64,000 nt of DNA from the human T2T-CHM13v2.0 reference genome, Homo sapiens: assembly GCF_009914755.1 (NCBI RefSeq), contig NC_060932.1; one strand, 5' to 3'. The stretch's first letter is position 1. Each line of letters opens with the position of its first letter. Position numbers and translations under genes: made by a program. The notes below the pieces were generated by a model. That model had not been told where the DNA came from, did not search any database, and saw only the letters and a program-made list of their open reading frames with translations. Below are positions 47,294 through 60,374 of the stretch, piece by piece.

Positions 47294-49475
47294 CGCCATG
47301 CATCTCAGCTCTGATAGAAAACCTGCGTGTGAAATACTTGAAATTCCACAGCAGTGGTAGCTGCTGCAGAGCAGAGGGCAAGGGCTTGCTTGCTCTGAAC
47401 CCACCCAGCACAAGCAGACCTGAAAGCCCCTCCCAGGGATCTTGGCTGGAATGGAGCCCCCGGGATGGGGGAAGGGAGGGTCCGGGCCAGGCACCCACAC
47501 TCCAGATGACAAGGCCGCAGCAGCCCTGGATGAGTTTATTATTTATTAGCTGCTGTCCTCACTTTGCTCAGTCTAACCCACTTCAGAGAGTGTTTAATAT
47601 TTCAGAAACAGACGAGCCAGCATTGCCCAAGCTGATTCGTGGTCTTAGTCACACAAAACGCTTCCTCCAAAAGGGTGCTGCAAGATGACTTCTCATCTTG
47701 TGCAGAGGAGAGGAGCCGACCCCCTGTAGGCCTCAGCTCCCAAGTGGAGCTTAACTACAGCCGAAGAGCAGCGTCCCCACAGGTAAGGGGACTGAGTCCC
47801 AGTGAGCGTACACAGCACCCTCTGTCCAGCCGCCCACCCCAGGGCTGGATGTGCTCCACTTCCTGCCGGGCCCTAAGGCGAGGCCTCTGTGCAGCTATCC
47901 CATTAAATCCCCCAGTGCTGCTCTTTCCTCACTTCAGAGTCCAAAGAGTGCCAGGAGCCACAGAAGCAGTGCAGTGGAAGCCGGGGTTCGAATCTAGCCC
48001 CAATTCCAGACCCCCAGCTTCTCCTTACTAACTAAGCCACATTTCTGGAAGGTCATGCCCAGTGAAGGTGGCAGTGAGGGCAGAAGCCCCATGTCAGAGG
48101 CCTTGGAGCCGTGGGGAGCGCGTCCAGCCGCAGATGCATTGCCAGCTTCCCTAGGATGTGCCCCAATCGGTGAGTAGGGGGTGCTCACCTTACAATTCTC
48201 AGCCTGGATTACACCTTAAGGTTTAAAACAAGCTAAGAGGAGATACCTTCAGAAAGACTCAGTAACACCTTGGAAAGACAGAGGCCTGCCCAGGTCTCTC
48301 CCTGGAGTGACCTGTAGGAGGTCTGCTGGGGACCCTTCCAACCACACCCAAAGCCTCAGAGCACAGCCGCCCTCGCGAGCCACCCCACATCTGGCTTCCC
48401 ACTGGGGAGTCTGTAGGGTCCAGGTCTCTGTTGACAAAGGCAGAGATTTTGAGGCAGAACAATGGCTAACATAATTTATAAAAACACAATATTAAATCCT
48501 CAATCCTCTTCAACGGAAAAGAAGTCTCTCCTGTGGGCACGCTGCAGAGGGGAAGGCTGAAGCCAGCCATGCTGAACGAGCCGTTCTCGTCTCCTGCTCA
48601 TTCCACCTGAGCTCTCTCCCCATTACCGTTTATTTTCTTTGCAAAAAAGAAAAAAGTCACTATTCTATTTAAAAGATTTGATGGATTTAGTCTATAAAGA
48701 AACTACATAAAGTGACTACATTTTCTTCCCGATTGCCTCGAACCTTCATGCGATGTCATTATCTCTGTGTTTTGGGGACCTCCCCATAAGAATGGTTTTG
48801 AAGTCATATTTGGTCCATCACATCCTGACAGTGCCGCTTTCTCTTAGGGATGTCTCCTTCCCAGGCCTCACTTTCCTCACTTGCACACTGAAGATGGTGA
48901 TGTTAGCATTGGTGAATGAGTTCCAACAGGCACATCCCATTCACAATCTCATTTAATCCTCACAATAAGCCTCCAAGTCACCCTATTATTAATCTTATCC
49001 CCATTTTGCAGACAAGAAACTGAGACTGAAAAGGGTTAACCAGGCTGTGGTTACAAGTGGTGGAGCCAGGAGTTGCAACCAAGCTAGGCTAGTCCAAATC
49101 CTCACTGGAATCACGATGCCTCCATAAGGATAAAATTAAACAGCACAGACCAGAGCCAAGCCCTCTGTAAGCTGGCACGTGTCAGGCTAAGGCTCACTGG
49201 TATTTTCAGGGGTCAGCAGGGGCTCCTGCCATATTGCACAGCTGTGGAGTGGAGCCTGGGCCTTGCCGGCTTCACAGCACTGGACCTCAGAGACCTTGGA
49301 TGCTGCAGCCCCAGCTTCGCTACCCTGAGCACCTTGTGCCTTTGTTGGGGAAACCTGGTCACCAGCATGACTGCCTTATACGTTGAACCAAGGCTGGCAA
49401 ACCTGTGGCCTTGGCTGGACAAGTTACTCCAGGAGCCAAACAGACCCAGCCAAGCTCAAACCAACACCCTCCCCC

Positions 49476-49581
49476 TACACACACAAACGCACATGCACAC
49501 ACAATGCACACATGCAGGCACACACAAGCATGCACACAGGTACACACACAAGCACACATGCACACACAGACACAAACACAC
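49476..49581. repeat. CA/CATG-rich simple repeat
   Basis: ACACACACAAACGCACATGCACAC... Confidence 0.85.
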
Positions 49582-51279
49582 GGGCTCCTAAGTACTAAGA
49601 GACCTGCGGACACACAACAGGGAAGGCTGGGGCCTTGAAAGGCAACAGTTCAGATGTTTGGATGTCCCGCAGGTAGGTAGGGAGTAGGGCAGCCGCACTT
49701 AGGGATGGACCAGGTATGGTGCCTGCACCCTGAACTGTCTCAGGGACACCCTTGTTGGACTGCAGCTACAACAAAAATAGAGCCTCCTATAGCCGCCTTC
49801 AGAGCAAGGCCCACAGCCACTAATCTGAAAGGCCTCGATTTCAGATCTTATATTTTTTTCTCATATCCATCATAATTGAATTTTGAAAAGTTGCACTGGG
49901 CCCAGGAAAAAGGCAGTGAGTTGGGAGTGAGAACCATTTAGCAAAGCACTCTTTTCTTAAAGTCTTGGCTGCACTTTCGGGTCGCCTGCCCGCAGCCCCC
50001 AACCTCCTCCACCCCATCCCCGCCCCGCAGGCCCTGCAATGACAGGTAAGCATCCACTTCTTTCAGAGTGTGTCGGAGAGCAGGGCATGGGGTGGAGATG
50101 AGTTCATTCCATCTTGCTGTCTTCCTCCAGACAAGGTGTGCTAACAAGGAGGTGACCGGAGTCCTTGTGGCCCTAGCTGATCTGTCACTAGGAAAGCCCT
50201 AGTCTGCCTCTGTCACAGCAGCCCAGCTCTTCAGCACTGGCTAAGAAAAAACATGACAACTGAGAATTGTGCTTTCTGGGTTCTGGCCTCCTTGTCTCCC
50301 ACTGCTTCTCCTTCATGGTCATTCTTTGACTCTCAGTGAGTTCCTGCTTTTGATCTTCCCATTCCAAAGTTGGAAAAATACCCAAGGTCATTTCCACCAT
50401 CACGACTGACCCTCCACTGAGCAACTCCTCCTGGCACTTGCAATATAACCCCACGGTCTGACTATGGAACAAAATGTGCTGTCCCCGCTGCAGCACCCTC
50501 AGGAGAGACTGGGTGGCAGTCTGTGGTGGTCCAGAGAGGACGGGCCCAGCAGGACCACCTGTCTCGGTCCATATATGGGGCTGGGATGGGAGAGGGGAGG
50601 GAGCAGAGCTGAGCTGGAAAGGGTACGGGATGACCGGGTTCCCCTCTTCCTGCCCTTTCTCTTCCTGAACTCCAAGCCCTCCTGTCCTGTTCCTCCAAGT
50701 CCTGGTCACCCAGATGCGGGGGCTCCTGCACCTCTTGTCCCCCACAGGAGACCCTAAAGACTCTGCAGCTTCTTGGCACCGGGAGCCAGCAGCACCAGGT
50801 CCCAGTTTAGAGGCTGGCAGCAGCAGGCATGTTGAAGAACTGGAGGCAGGAGGAGGCAGGGGATCAGTGCAAAGAATGGGTCAGCATGGATGGAGGCGGG
50901 TATACCCAACACTGGGCCTCCACAAGTTCTTGAGAAAGTCACCACCGGCCTGCCAAGAGGAGCTACAAGGGACTCTCCCAGGTGATACCTGATGGAACCT
51001 GGGCTTGACCCTAGATCCATCCAACTCCAAACTACTGGCTCTTCCCAGTGGGCAGCCCAACTCCAATACCAAGGCTCGGCAGACAGGCACATCTGTGCAG
51101 TATTAAGTGGCTGCTTCCCATGGCCATTCGTTTCTCCTCCTGTGCCAGGGATGCGTGAGTGATGATGGAATGAATCTGGGTTAGCCGGTCCCTCTTCCCA
51201 AGCAGCTGGGAAGCCTCCTTGCTGCTCGTAGAAGAACACGCTTTGCAGGGGGAGGACAAACTCCCACTTAACACCACTG

Positions 51280-51960
51280 CACTGTGGGCGCCATTTTTCC
51301 CCGGACAGCCACATCTTGCTTTTTTCCTCTTGGCAGTGTTTTGTAGATGATCTAGTGTTACACGGCGCAGGGACTGGGAAGCAGCCGGCACGAGAAAGGA
51401 ACCTGAGCACACCCACTTTGCCTTCATTTCTCCGGCTGCATCCGAGGCTCCCCAGAGGGGCCGGCGCGCGCCCGGGCGCACACTCGCACACCTGCCCGCG
51501 CGCACACACCCGCGCCTGGCCCCGCGCGCGCACGTCCCGCGACCTCGCAGGTTCGCGGCCCGCAACCGGCAGGGCAGGAGCTTCCACCAATCCCCTCGCC
51601 TCACGCCTCCTGCCCAAATATAGAAACCGACTTCCTTGTCCTAGAGCTCGGAGCGGCGGCCGCCCTCCCTCGCTGGGCTCCCGAGGCGGCGCTCCCCAGG
51701 CGGGCGCGGGGACGGCCCTGTCTGGCCTCACCAGCACGTGGGGCGCTGCCTGCGCTCCAGCCGCGGCACCCTGGCACCCTGGCACCCTGGCACCGACCGC
51801 CCGGTCGTCTCTCTCCCGGTCGCGCAGCCCCTCGGCCAGCGGGCCTTGTCCCCACCCAGGTTCTCTGGCCGCGACTCAGCAGCGGCGCCTCGCCCCGGAA
51901 CAGGCCCCACCCGGAGAGGGGCTGACACTGATCGTGCCCCCTGGGGGCTGGGGCGCATTC
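51280..51960. promoter_or_regulatory. CpG island 2 (orphan; promoter- or enhancer-like)
   Basis: Very high CpG density (CGCGCG runs). YY1 motif CGCCATTTT 51289-51297, CCAAT 51587-51591, CCAAATATAG 51614-51623 followed by ETS ACTTCC 51630-51635, CACGTG 51735-51740. Confidence 0.88.
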
Positions 51961-52531
51961 AAGGTAACCTTGAAACCTCACAGGCACATGGAGAGGTCAA
52001 GGAGGAACTGATGACCTGTCTTACAGATAAGAAAGCCGAGGCTAAGTGAGTAGTCCCAGGTTCGCACAGCCAGTATGTGATACCTAGCCGACCCCAGCCA
52101 GGCTTGTCCAAGTCGGAAACGTACGCGCTGTCCTTCACACCTCTAAAGGGCTCTGGTTTCCAGCCTGAAGGCTGGAAAATGCACAAGGAAGGGAATGCCT
52201 AAAATCCCCTGACCCGATCCTAATCGCACGTGTCATGTTTATTAAGACAGGGAGATGAAGATGAAAGGTTTGTTGGGGAATGGTAACCCCTCATCTGGCT
52301 GCACCACTTTTAACTTTTTGGAGCAGTTCTGCAGACATTATCTCATGTATTCTTACCATGTGTGAGGGGATCAGATGGATTTGGTAGAATTTGTTCGTTT
52401 TAATAAAGGCCATTTGATCAATGTAAAGCCAAAAGGGATTTCATGGAAAAACTCATATTTTCAAATTTGCTACTCAGGATAACTTCTGTGACCATCTTCA
52501 AAATAAATAAATAAATAAATAAGACTTTATG

Positions 52532-52670
52532 GGCTGAGCACAGTGGCTCACATCTGTAATCCCAGTGCTTTGGGAGGCCGAGGCGGGAGGATTGCTTGAG
52601 GCTGGCAGTTCAAGACCAGACTGGGCCACATAGTGAGACCCAGTCATTAGAAAAAATAATAATTAAAAAT
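52532..52670 (+). mobile_element. FLAM-type Alu left monomer
   Basis: Single left arm plus A-rich tail; preceded by (TAAA)n at 52501-52522. Confidence 0.85.
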
Positions 52671-53034
52671 ATGTGTTATGGAACTTCCACACTGTCATAG
52701 AAGGGACCTGGGAAAGAAATCACCATCCCACAGCGCAGGTGAAAAGGGTGGGACCCGCTGGAGAAGCACACATCCTGGTCCAGACCATGGCCTCCTAACT
52801 ACCAGTCTTATGCTCCAGGCTGGGGAAAGGAGCAGGCTCATGGTGGCCAGCAGGCTGCTGATGGTGGGAGATGTGTGTTGGAGATGCAGACAACAGCCCT
52901 CCTTTCCAGCTGAGACCCTGGGCGAGTTGCTGAATTCCTCCAGGGTCTCCACTACACCATCTAGGAAGTGACACTCACAGTGCCCCAGCTGCAAGACTGT
53001 GGTGCCGATCCATTATTTTGATGGATATACACTT

Positions 53035-53480
53035 ATGGAGAACCAACTGTGTGCCAAGCACTCCTCCAGATTTTGGAAATCCAGTTTAGGAGACAGAAAA
53101 AGCCACTGCTCTCACAGAATTTATTTTTTAGTGGAGGAAGAGAGAGACAGACAATAAAACAGAAATAAATAGGACCATTCCAGATAGTGAAGAAAATGAA
53201 ACAAAATGATGCGATAGAGCAGGTGGGTGGGAGCCAGGCGGGGGCGAAGTGGTCGCTGGAGAGCAGTCGTCTGGGCAGTCCTCTCTGAGGAAGCGACATC
53301 TGAGCTAAGGACAACAAAAAGGAGTAGACTAGCTTCGTTCATGGCTGCAGAGAAGACAGGGACAGCTTGAAGCACAAAGGCCTGAAGACAGAAGCCAGGT
53401 AGACGTGCCTGAGGAACAGAGCTAAGGCGAGTAGGGCTGTGGCCGTGTGAGGGAGGACAGGGACAGGAGGTTGGGACCTG
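53035..53480 (-). mobile_element. L2 LINE 3' relic
   Basis: ACTGTGTGCCAAGCACT...CTGCTCTCACAGAATTTATTTTTTAGTGG...CTCTCTGAGGAAGCGACATCTGAGCT...CAAAGGCCTGAAG. Confidence 0.7.
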
Positions 53481-54100
53481 GGCAGGAACGCTGGGCACAC
53501 AGCCTAGCGCCCAGCAGAAGGTCAGTGACTAGGCTATTGCAATTCCTGGAAAACAGTCAACTGAAAGCATGTGCATGAACATTCTGGAAGGCGGCAGAGT
53601 CCACAGCGGTACCAGACACCCACTCTTCTCAAACCCATTATGCGACTTACCAAACAATCCCAAATGTCATTGGCAACAATAACCAAAACTAATAGAGAAT
53701 TGAGTCTGCACCAATTCTGGAGAGTTGGGGTGGCTCTTCCTAGCTACCCTACCGGGAAGACAGTACCCGAAGGTTTACTCTGCATCCAGCCTGGTGCCCC
53801 CACCCTGGGCAGGGGACGATCACACCCCTACATCTTCAAGCTCACCTCTGATATATGGATCATCCCCTGCCTGCACAGGGACTAAGTCCAGAGGCAAAGG
53901 TGGAAGGAACAGGAGTAGCCGGCTGACCTGGCCTCACCAGAAACCACATGGAAATTACACCTTCAGACAGGTTCAGGGGGAGCTGTTTATAAAAAGAAGC
54001 TCCTCTGGACATCCCAGAAGCCATGGTCAAGATCAAATCGCACTCAAGGTTAATTGGATAGAAAAATACAAGTGCTAGCCCATGAAAATGATTTTACAGC

Positions 54101-54273
54101 CAGGACTGGCTATTTAATTTGCATGGCCCAGGACAAAATGAAAATGTGGAACCCCTCGTTAAAAAGTAATGAGTAATTTTAACACAGAACAGAGCATTGA
54201 AACATGCACAGGACCCTTTTAAGGGCAGGACCTCATGCAACTGGACAGGTTGTCCACCGATAAAGCCAGCCTT
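54101..54273 (+). mobile_element. MER45A (hAT-Tip100)
   Basis: CAGGACTGGCTATTTAATTTGCATGGCCCAGGACAAAATGAAAATGTGG...TGCAACTGGACAGGTTG...AAGCCAGCCTTG. Confidence 0.8.
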
Positions 54274-54278
54274 GCCTA

Positions 54279-54619
<341 letters not shown>

Positions 54620-55539
54620 TGCAGGACAATGTGTTTAAAATATAGCCCAGTGGAAGAGAAGCCATAGAGAAATCAGACATGTGTTCCTGTCCCAGCTCTG
54701 CCTCTAGAGAGCCGTGACCTGGGGAATGTAAGTTAATCAGTGGGGACCCCAGCTTCCCAGTCCAGAAAATCAGGGATCACCTCCTCGGGGGTTGCTGCCC
54801 TCCTGCGTTTGTTGTGAGAGATCGAATGAGATAATGAAGGTGGCATCTAGGTCAGGAGGCATTACACCAATATAAGGGATTACTATTATTCACCAAGACC
54901 TGCCAGAGCACCTGGATTTCTCGAGAACATTGACATTCCCCAGCAATTAAGTCAAATTAACATAATTCAAACAAAACATCTAATTTTAGCTATGTGTAAC
55001 GATTCCCTCTCAACAGAACAGACACTGCTGCCTCTCATTCAAGGAGTGCAATGCCAGAGAGATGTAGGAAGGAGACCAAACAATTCTGCCACAGGCCTTT
55101 TACCCAGGCACGCACCAGATTGTTCCTATTTCCACAACTGAAAGAGGTGCCGCTGGACAGATTCTCTTTCATCCAGCCGTCCTGCTGGCCTGGTTCATTG
55201 GAGCTTCCCCCGGCGAGTGAGAAGGACCAACAACCAGCGCAGCCCGCTCAGACCTTGGTCAAAGCAACACTCCCCTGGAGTGGGAATCAGAAGCCCCAGG
55301 GCTCCTCTCACAGACCAGTCCTATGGCCTCAGTTCTCCTGTCCATAAGAGAGGGGGAATAATGCCTCTTCTGCCTCCCTCTCTCAAAAGATTGTTTAAGG
55401 TGTTAATAATGATTATTCCATGTGTCTGCATTTAGTGCAAATTACCAGATTCATTCATTCAACCAACGAGTCGTGGGAATGCAAAGGGAACCAAGGTGCT
55501 GCCTCTGTGCAGTCCAGCAAGAACAACAAGCATTTAACC

Positions 55540-55854
55540 CAGGGGGTGGCAAACTGTACTCAAGGGCCAGGTCTAGCCCGCTGCCCATTTTTTGCATAGC
55601 ACGGGAGCTGAGAATGATTTTTACATTTTTAAGTGGTTAGGAGAAAGAAGAAAAACATTTTGTAATGCATGAAAATTAAATGAAATTCAAATTTCAGTGT
55701 CCATAAATAAAGTTTTATTGGAATATGGCCATGCTCGTTTGTTTGTGTATTGCCTGTGGTTGCTTTCACGCTCCGCCGGCGGAGCTGAGTATTTGCAACA
55801 GAGACTGAAATATTTACTGCCAGGTCCTGCACAGTAAAAGTTTGCCAATCTCTG
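55540..55854 (+). mobile_element. MER58B (hAT-Charlie), full length
   Basis: CAGGGGGTGGCAAACT ... AAATTCAAATTTCAGTGTCCATAAATAAAGTTTTATTGGAA ... AAAGTTTGCCAATCTCTG. Confidence 0.88.
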
Positions 55855-56894
55855 AAGCAAAGCCATGAGTGAGATTATCAGTGTTAATGGAACACGGAAG
55901 AGGGAACAATTATTTCTGTTTAATAAAGTTGGGGAAGGCATTCCAGGAGTGATTTTTTTCTTCTGGACTTTAATGCTCAGCTGTGAACCCCGGGAAAGCA
56001 GCTGCCCTCACCCCAGGTCTCAGTTTCCTCATTTGCAGGATGAGTAGGTTGTCTTTGAACTAAGGGCCTGTCCCACCGATATGTCCTGCAATACTGCATG
56101 TGCCCCCAGGGCCAGTTCTTTGCAGGGGGGCTGGTGTGGGCATCCACCAAACCCCGCAAACACCTGAGCTGCGCGAGGCACACAAAGAGCACTAATTAGG
56201 GCACTGGGACGAGGAGCAGTTTGGAATAATCTATCCAGGACACATTTCCTTGCACCAGGTCCCAGAGAAGGCTCAGGCTTCTGCATCCAAACTCAAGCTC
56301 CCTGGCAGGCTTCTCCCCCGGCAGAGGCGCCTGGTGGGTCCTGAATAATTTAGCACTCTGCACCAGCAGTGCAGATGGCCACCTCCCATTATCGCAGGCT
56401 CTGCACTTTGCTGCCTTACTTGGTAGGGCCAAGGGCCATTTCCAAGTGGAACAAAAGAACAGCATCCCTCTTGTCTTCTCAGAGTTCCTCTCAGCATATT
56501 GTGCTCCAAGAGCCATTGCTCATAAGGGCTGGGATTTCTTGCCAGAGTACAGAGAGTTGGGCCTGGAGATCTGGTTCTAGTGCTTGCTTGGCCACTAAAA
56601 ATAGCTCTGTGATCTGGACAAGCCATTTCCTTTCTCCAGATGGCAGTTTCCTCATGAAGGGGATGGGGTGTGAGATTCACAAGGTCCCTTCCAAGAGGCT
56701 GTGTCTTCTAGTCTAGTCCAGACTAGAAGCTGGACTAGAAGCTCTTTGTTCTACATGTGAGAAAACAGAGGCCCAGAGACACACAGTTATTTCCCCAAGG
56801 TCACTCAGCCACTTCCGAGAGGCAGAGTCAAGACCAGCAGCTTTAGTTCCTAATGTTCCCATTCTAAGGCACTGCCCATACCCTGGTGTGTGGT

Positions 56895-56967
56895 ATGTAC
56901 AGATCTATGTCTATGTCTATATCTATATCTATGTCTATGTGTGTCTTTGTCTGTATCTGTATCTATG
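56895..56967. repeat. (TCTATR)n / (TCTGTA)n hexamer microsatellite
   Basis: TCTATGTCTATGTCTATATCTATATCTATGTCTATG... Confidence 0.85.
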
Positions 56968-58961
56968 GGATTGGTTCTGTTTCGGGAATACATGCCTTCT
57001 GTACTCAGGGGGTTTGGATGCTAGTACAAGGTGGGGATGCTATTTTATCTTACTGTCAAGGGAACTGGTATATAACATTCCCATCAAGCTCTAGGCTCTG
57101 TGTTACATGCTTTCAAAACATTCTTTCTGTTTAGCCTTCTGCCTCTCACTTTTTTCCTCTTAGGTACTTATTTCATTTTATTTAATCCTCACAATCACCC
57201 TGGAAGCAGTAAGCCAAGGATGTTAAAATCAGGCGGCTGGGACAAACCCCAGCTCTGGCTCTCATTAGACATGTGACGTGAGCAAGGGACTTCACCTTCC
57301 TGAGCCTCCCAAGGTCCTCACCTGTAAAACACCGTTCCCACGCACCTGCCTGGCTTGTGAGGGCCGAGTGGGCTTGAGTGGGGAGCATAGCCAACACAGA
57401 TGGTCCTTGCCTTCCCTGTCTCCTTTCATGGAGAGAAGATCAGCCACAGGTCACGGGGCCTGGCTCTTTTCCTGCTAGTAGCTGGGTGGGCAGTTGATAG
57501 ACGAGAAAATGACATGAATTTCAAACCACAAACCCTACATCTGTCACCGCCTGCTTGTTATAAATCGGGACTTTGGAGAGGGACTGTTGAAGGCTTCCCC
57601 CCGCCTCTGCCACTGCGCAGTGGTGTGAAATGCACTTAATCTTCCTGAGCCTTAGTTTTCTCCCATGTGAAATGGGAAACATGATACCTGCTTCTCCACA
57701 GGGTTGCTGGGAAGATCAATGACATAATGCCCTGGGAAGCGCCTGGTGAGCCACTGAGCTCCATGTAACACCACGGGACACCATCCACACGGTGCAGGCC
57801 CCACGCCCTGGGGCTCCTGGAAGCCTGAGTTTCCAGGGTTCATCGCCCCGTACATGCAGCCACAGTAGAGGGTTCCAGCTCAACAGCAGCCCAAACCTGA
57901 CCATCACCTTCCTGGGGGAGTTCCCTCTCTCCTCTCCCCAGCCCCAGCTGAGCAGCCACTAGAGAAAAATGCAAAAGGTGTTCAGCACCTGGAGCTTCCA
58001 TGACAACCAGTGAGGAATGCATCCCAGGGTGTTGGAGATGGGCACTGGGAGGGACTGAAATTGAAAAGGAACTCCAGCCAGGGTGAACCGGGAGACTGAT
58101 CTCTCCTGAGAATCCCGAGTCCTTGGAAACTCAGAAACGGAAGAAACTGGAACTTACCAAAAATATCAAATTCACCACTACAAGCCAAGCCTCCAAAAAG
58201 CAGGCCTGTCTGACCCTGGTTTCATGCACCCCACAGAACATCGCCAGTGCTCTGGGCTGTGGGATTGCCTTAGTTGCTTTCCAGGAAAACAGGCAGCCAG
58301 GGCTGCTTAGCCCCCTCTCCCTCTGGAGTCAGGGCCTCCACGCTCCTACAAGCTCCACAGAGGAAGATGGCTGTGCCCGTGACCTTGAAAGCAACTTGGC
58401 GCTGTGTGACAGAGCCAGTCACCTTACATTGAAAACAGACACCATTCTGCCCCCTGCATTCCCTGTTCACCTGAGGCAGGTGCTCTCCGCCCTCCCCAAA
58501 GTCACTCTTTTGGCCAACAGAAAGGGCACCTCCTCCCTGGCCTCAGCCAGAGGTTTATAGAGTCACAGGGTTGCCTGATTACACAGGCTCAGCGAGAGAC
58601 AGAGTCTTCAAAAACACATATCCAAAGGGCCAGCTCTGTTAACAAAGAGCACAGCCCACACTCCCACAGCGTGTGTGGCCCCGGGCACTTCATCAGCATA
58701 GATTCCTCCCCATATCAACCCACAACATGGTCAGCATGGGGGCAATGAGATGCCAGGTGGAATGGGGTACTAATGAGGTGGATGGCCTTTTGCATGTCCG
58801 TTCACACTCATATGCCTTGCAGTCTGGTGCCACCACTCATCCAGATTTCCCTTCAAGCTACCTTAGGCCCATGTAAGCCAGTTGGCATCTGGAACCATTC
58901 TGCCCTGTGGCCTTGTAAACCCACATAATCAGAGCATAACAGGTACCGAGAAGGATCTCAT

Positions 58962-59279
58962 GTTTGTTTGTTTGTTTGTTTGTTTGTTTGTTTGTTTTGA
59001 GACAGAGTCTCATTCTGTTGCCCAGGCTAAAGTTCATGGCACAATCATAGTTCACTGCAGCCTCAACCTCCTGGGTTCAAGTGATCCTCCCACCTCAACC
59101 TCCTAAGTAGCTGGGAATACAGGCACGCACCACCACACCTGGCTAATTTTTAAATTTTTTGTAGAGATGGGGTCTTCCTGTGTGGCCCAGGCTGGTCTTG
59201 AACTCCTGGGCTGAAGGGATCTTCCCACCTCAGCCACCCAAAGAGCTGGGATTACAGGCATGAGCTACAGCACCTGGCT
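58962..59279 (-). mobile_element. AluJ SINE with (GTTT)n tail
   Basis: Reverse dimeric AluJ. Confidence 0.92.
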
Positions 59280-59588
59280 TCCCAGAAGGGTCTTAAGAGT
59301 CCTCTAAACTAAATACAGAGGCTCAGAAGCAGGAGAGCCTCTGTGTCCAAAGCTACACAGGACAGTCAAGAGGACTGGAACTAAGCACAGCTCTGTTGTC
59401 GAGGGCAGGTTCTCTTCATCCACAGCAGCACAGTTAATGTTCATAAATCAGAGGGAGTGGCACTGGAGGGGCAGAGGCTCCAACAACTCAGATTGTTCTC
59501 CGGCCCAGGGAACTGGGAGATGCCAGGGAATGCATTGGTTCCATTTCCTCACGGAGTTGCTCTAGGACTTCACTAAAGGTGCCACTAC

Positions 59589-59893
59589 GGCTGAGCGCAG
59601 TGGCTCACACCTTAATCCCAGCACTTTGGGAGGCCGAGGCAGACAGATTTCTTGAGACCAGGAGTTTAAGACCAGCCTGGGTAATATGGTGAAACCCTGT
59701 CTCCACAAAAATAAAACATGAGCCGGGCATGGTGGCATGTGCCTGTAATCCCAGCTACTTGGGAGGATGAGGCAGGAGAATCACTTGAACCTGGGAGGCA
59801 GAGGTTTCAGTGAGCCAAGAACACGCCATTGCACTCCAGCCTGGGCAACAGAGTGAGAATCTGTCTCAAATAAATAAATGAATAAATAATAAA
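59589..59893 (+). mobile_element. AluS SINE
   Basis: Dimeric Alu; TSD TAAAGGTGCCACT / TAAAGGCACCACT. Confidence 0.92.
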
Positions 59894-60059
59894 GGCACCA
59901 CTGCATTAAAGGGTCTGGGAAACTGCCTCAGCTAACATACAGTGGCAGAGTGGGAAGGGATCTGGTCACCACTGCATCCAGCGTCCCTCAGGACAGGCAC
60001 TTCTTCCATAGTATCTCAGACCCAGACTCAGGAAAGCTTCCTGGAGGAGGTGAAGCTTA

Positions 60060-60374
<315 letters not shown>

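Noticed and set aside
50188-50745. 185-aa minus-strand ORF downstream of island 2
   Set aside because: Non-ATG start and no recognisable homology; it may lie in a non-coding exon but is not supportable as a CDS.
50754-52011. Longest ORFs (343 aa on -, 231 aa on +, 190 aa on -)
   Set aside because: They overlap CpG island 2 in several frames on both strands, are Arg/Ala/Gly/Pro-rich and show no recognisable domain. Stop-codon scarcity in GC-rich DNA explains them.
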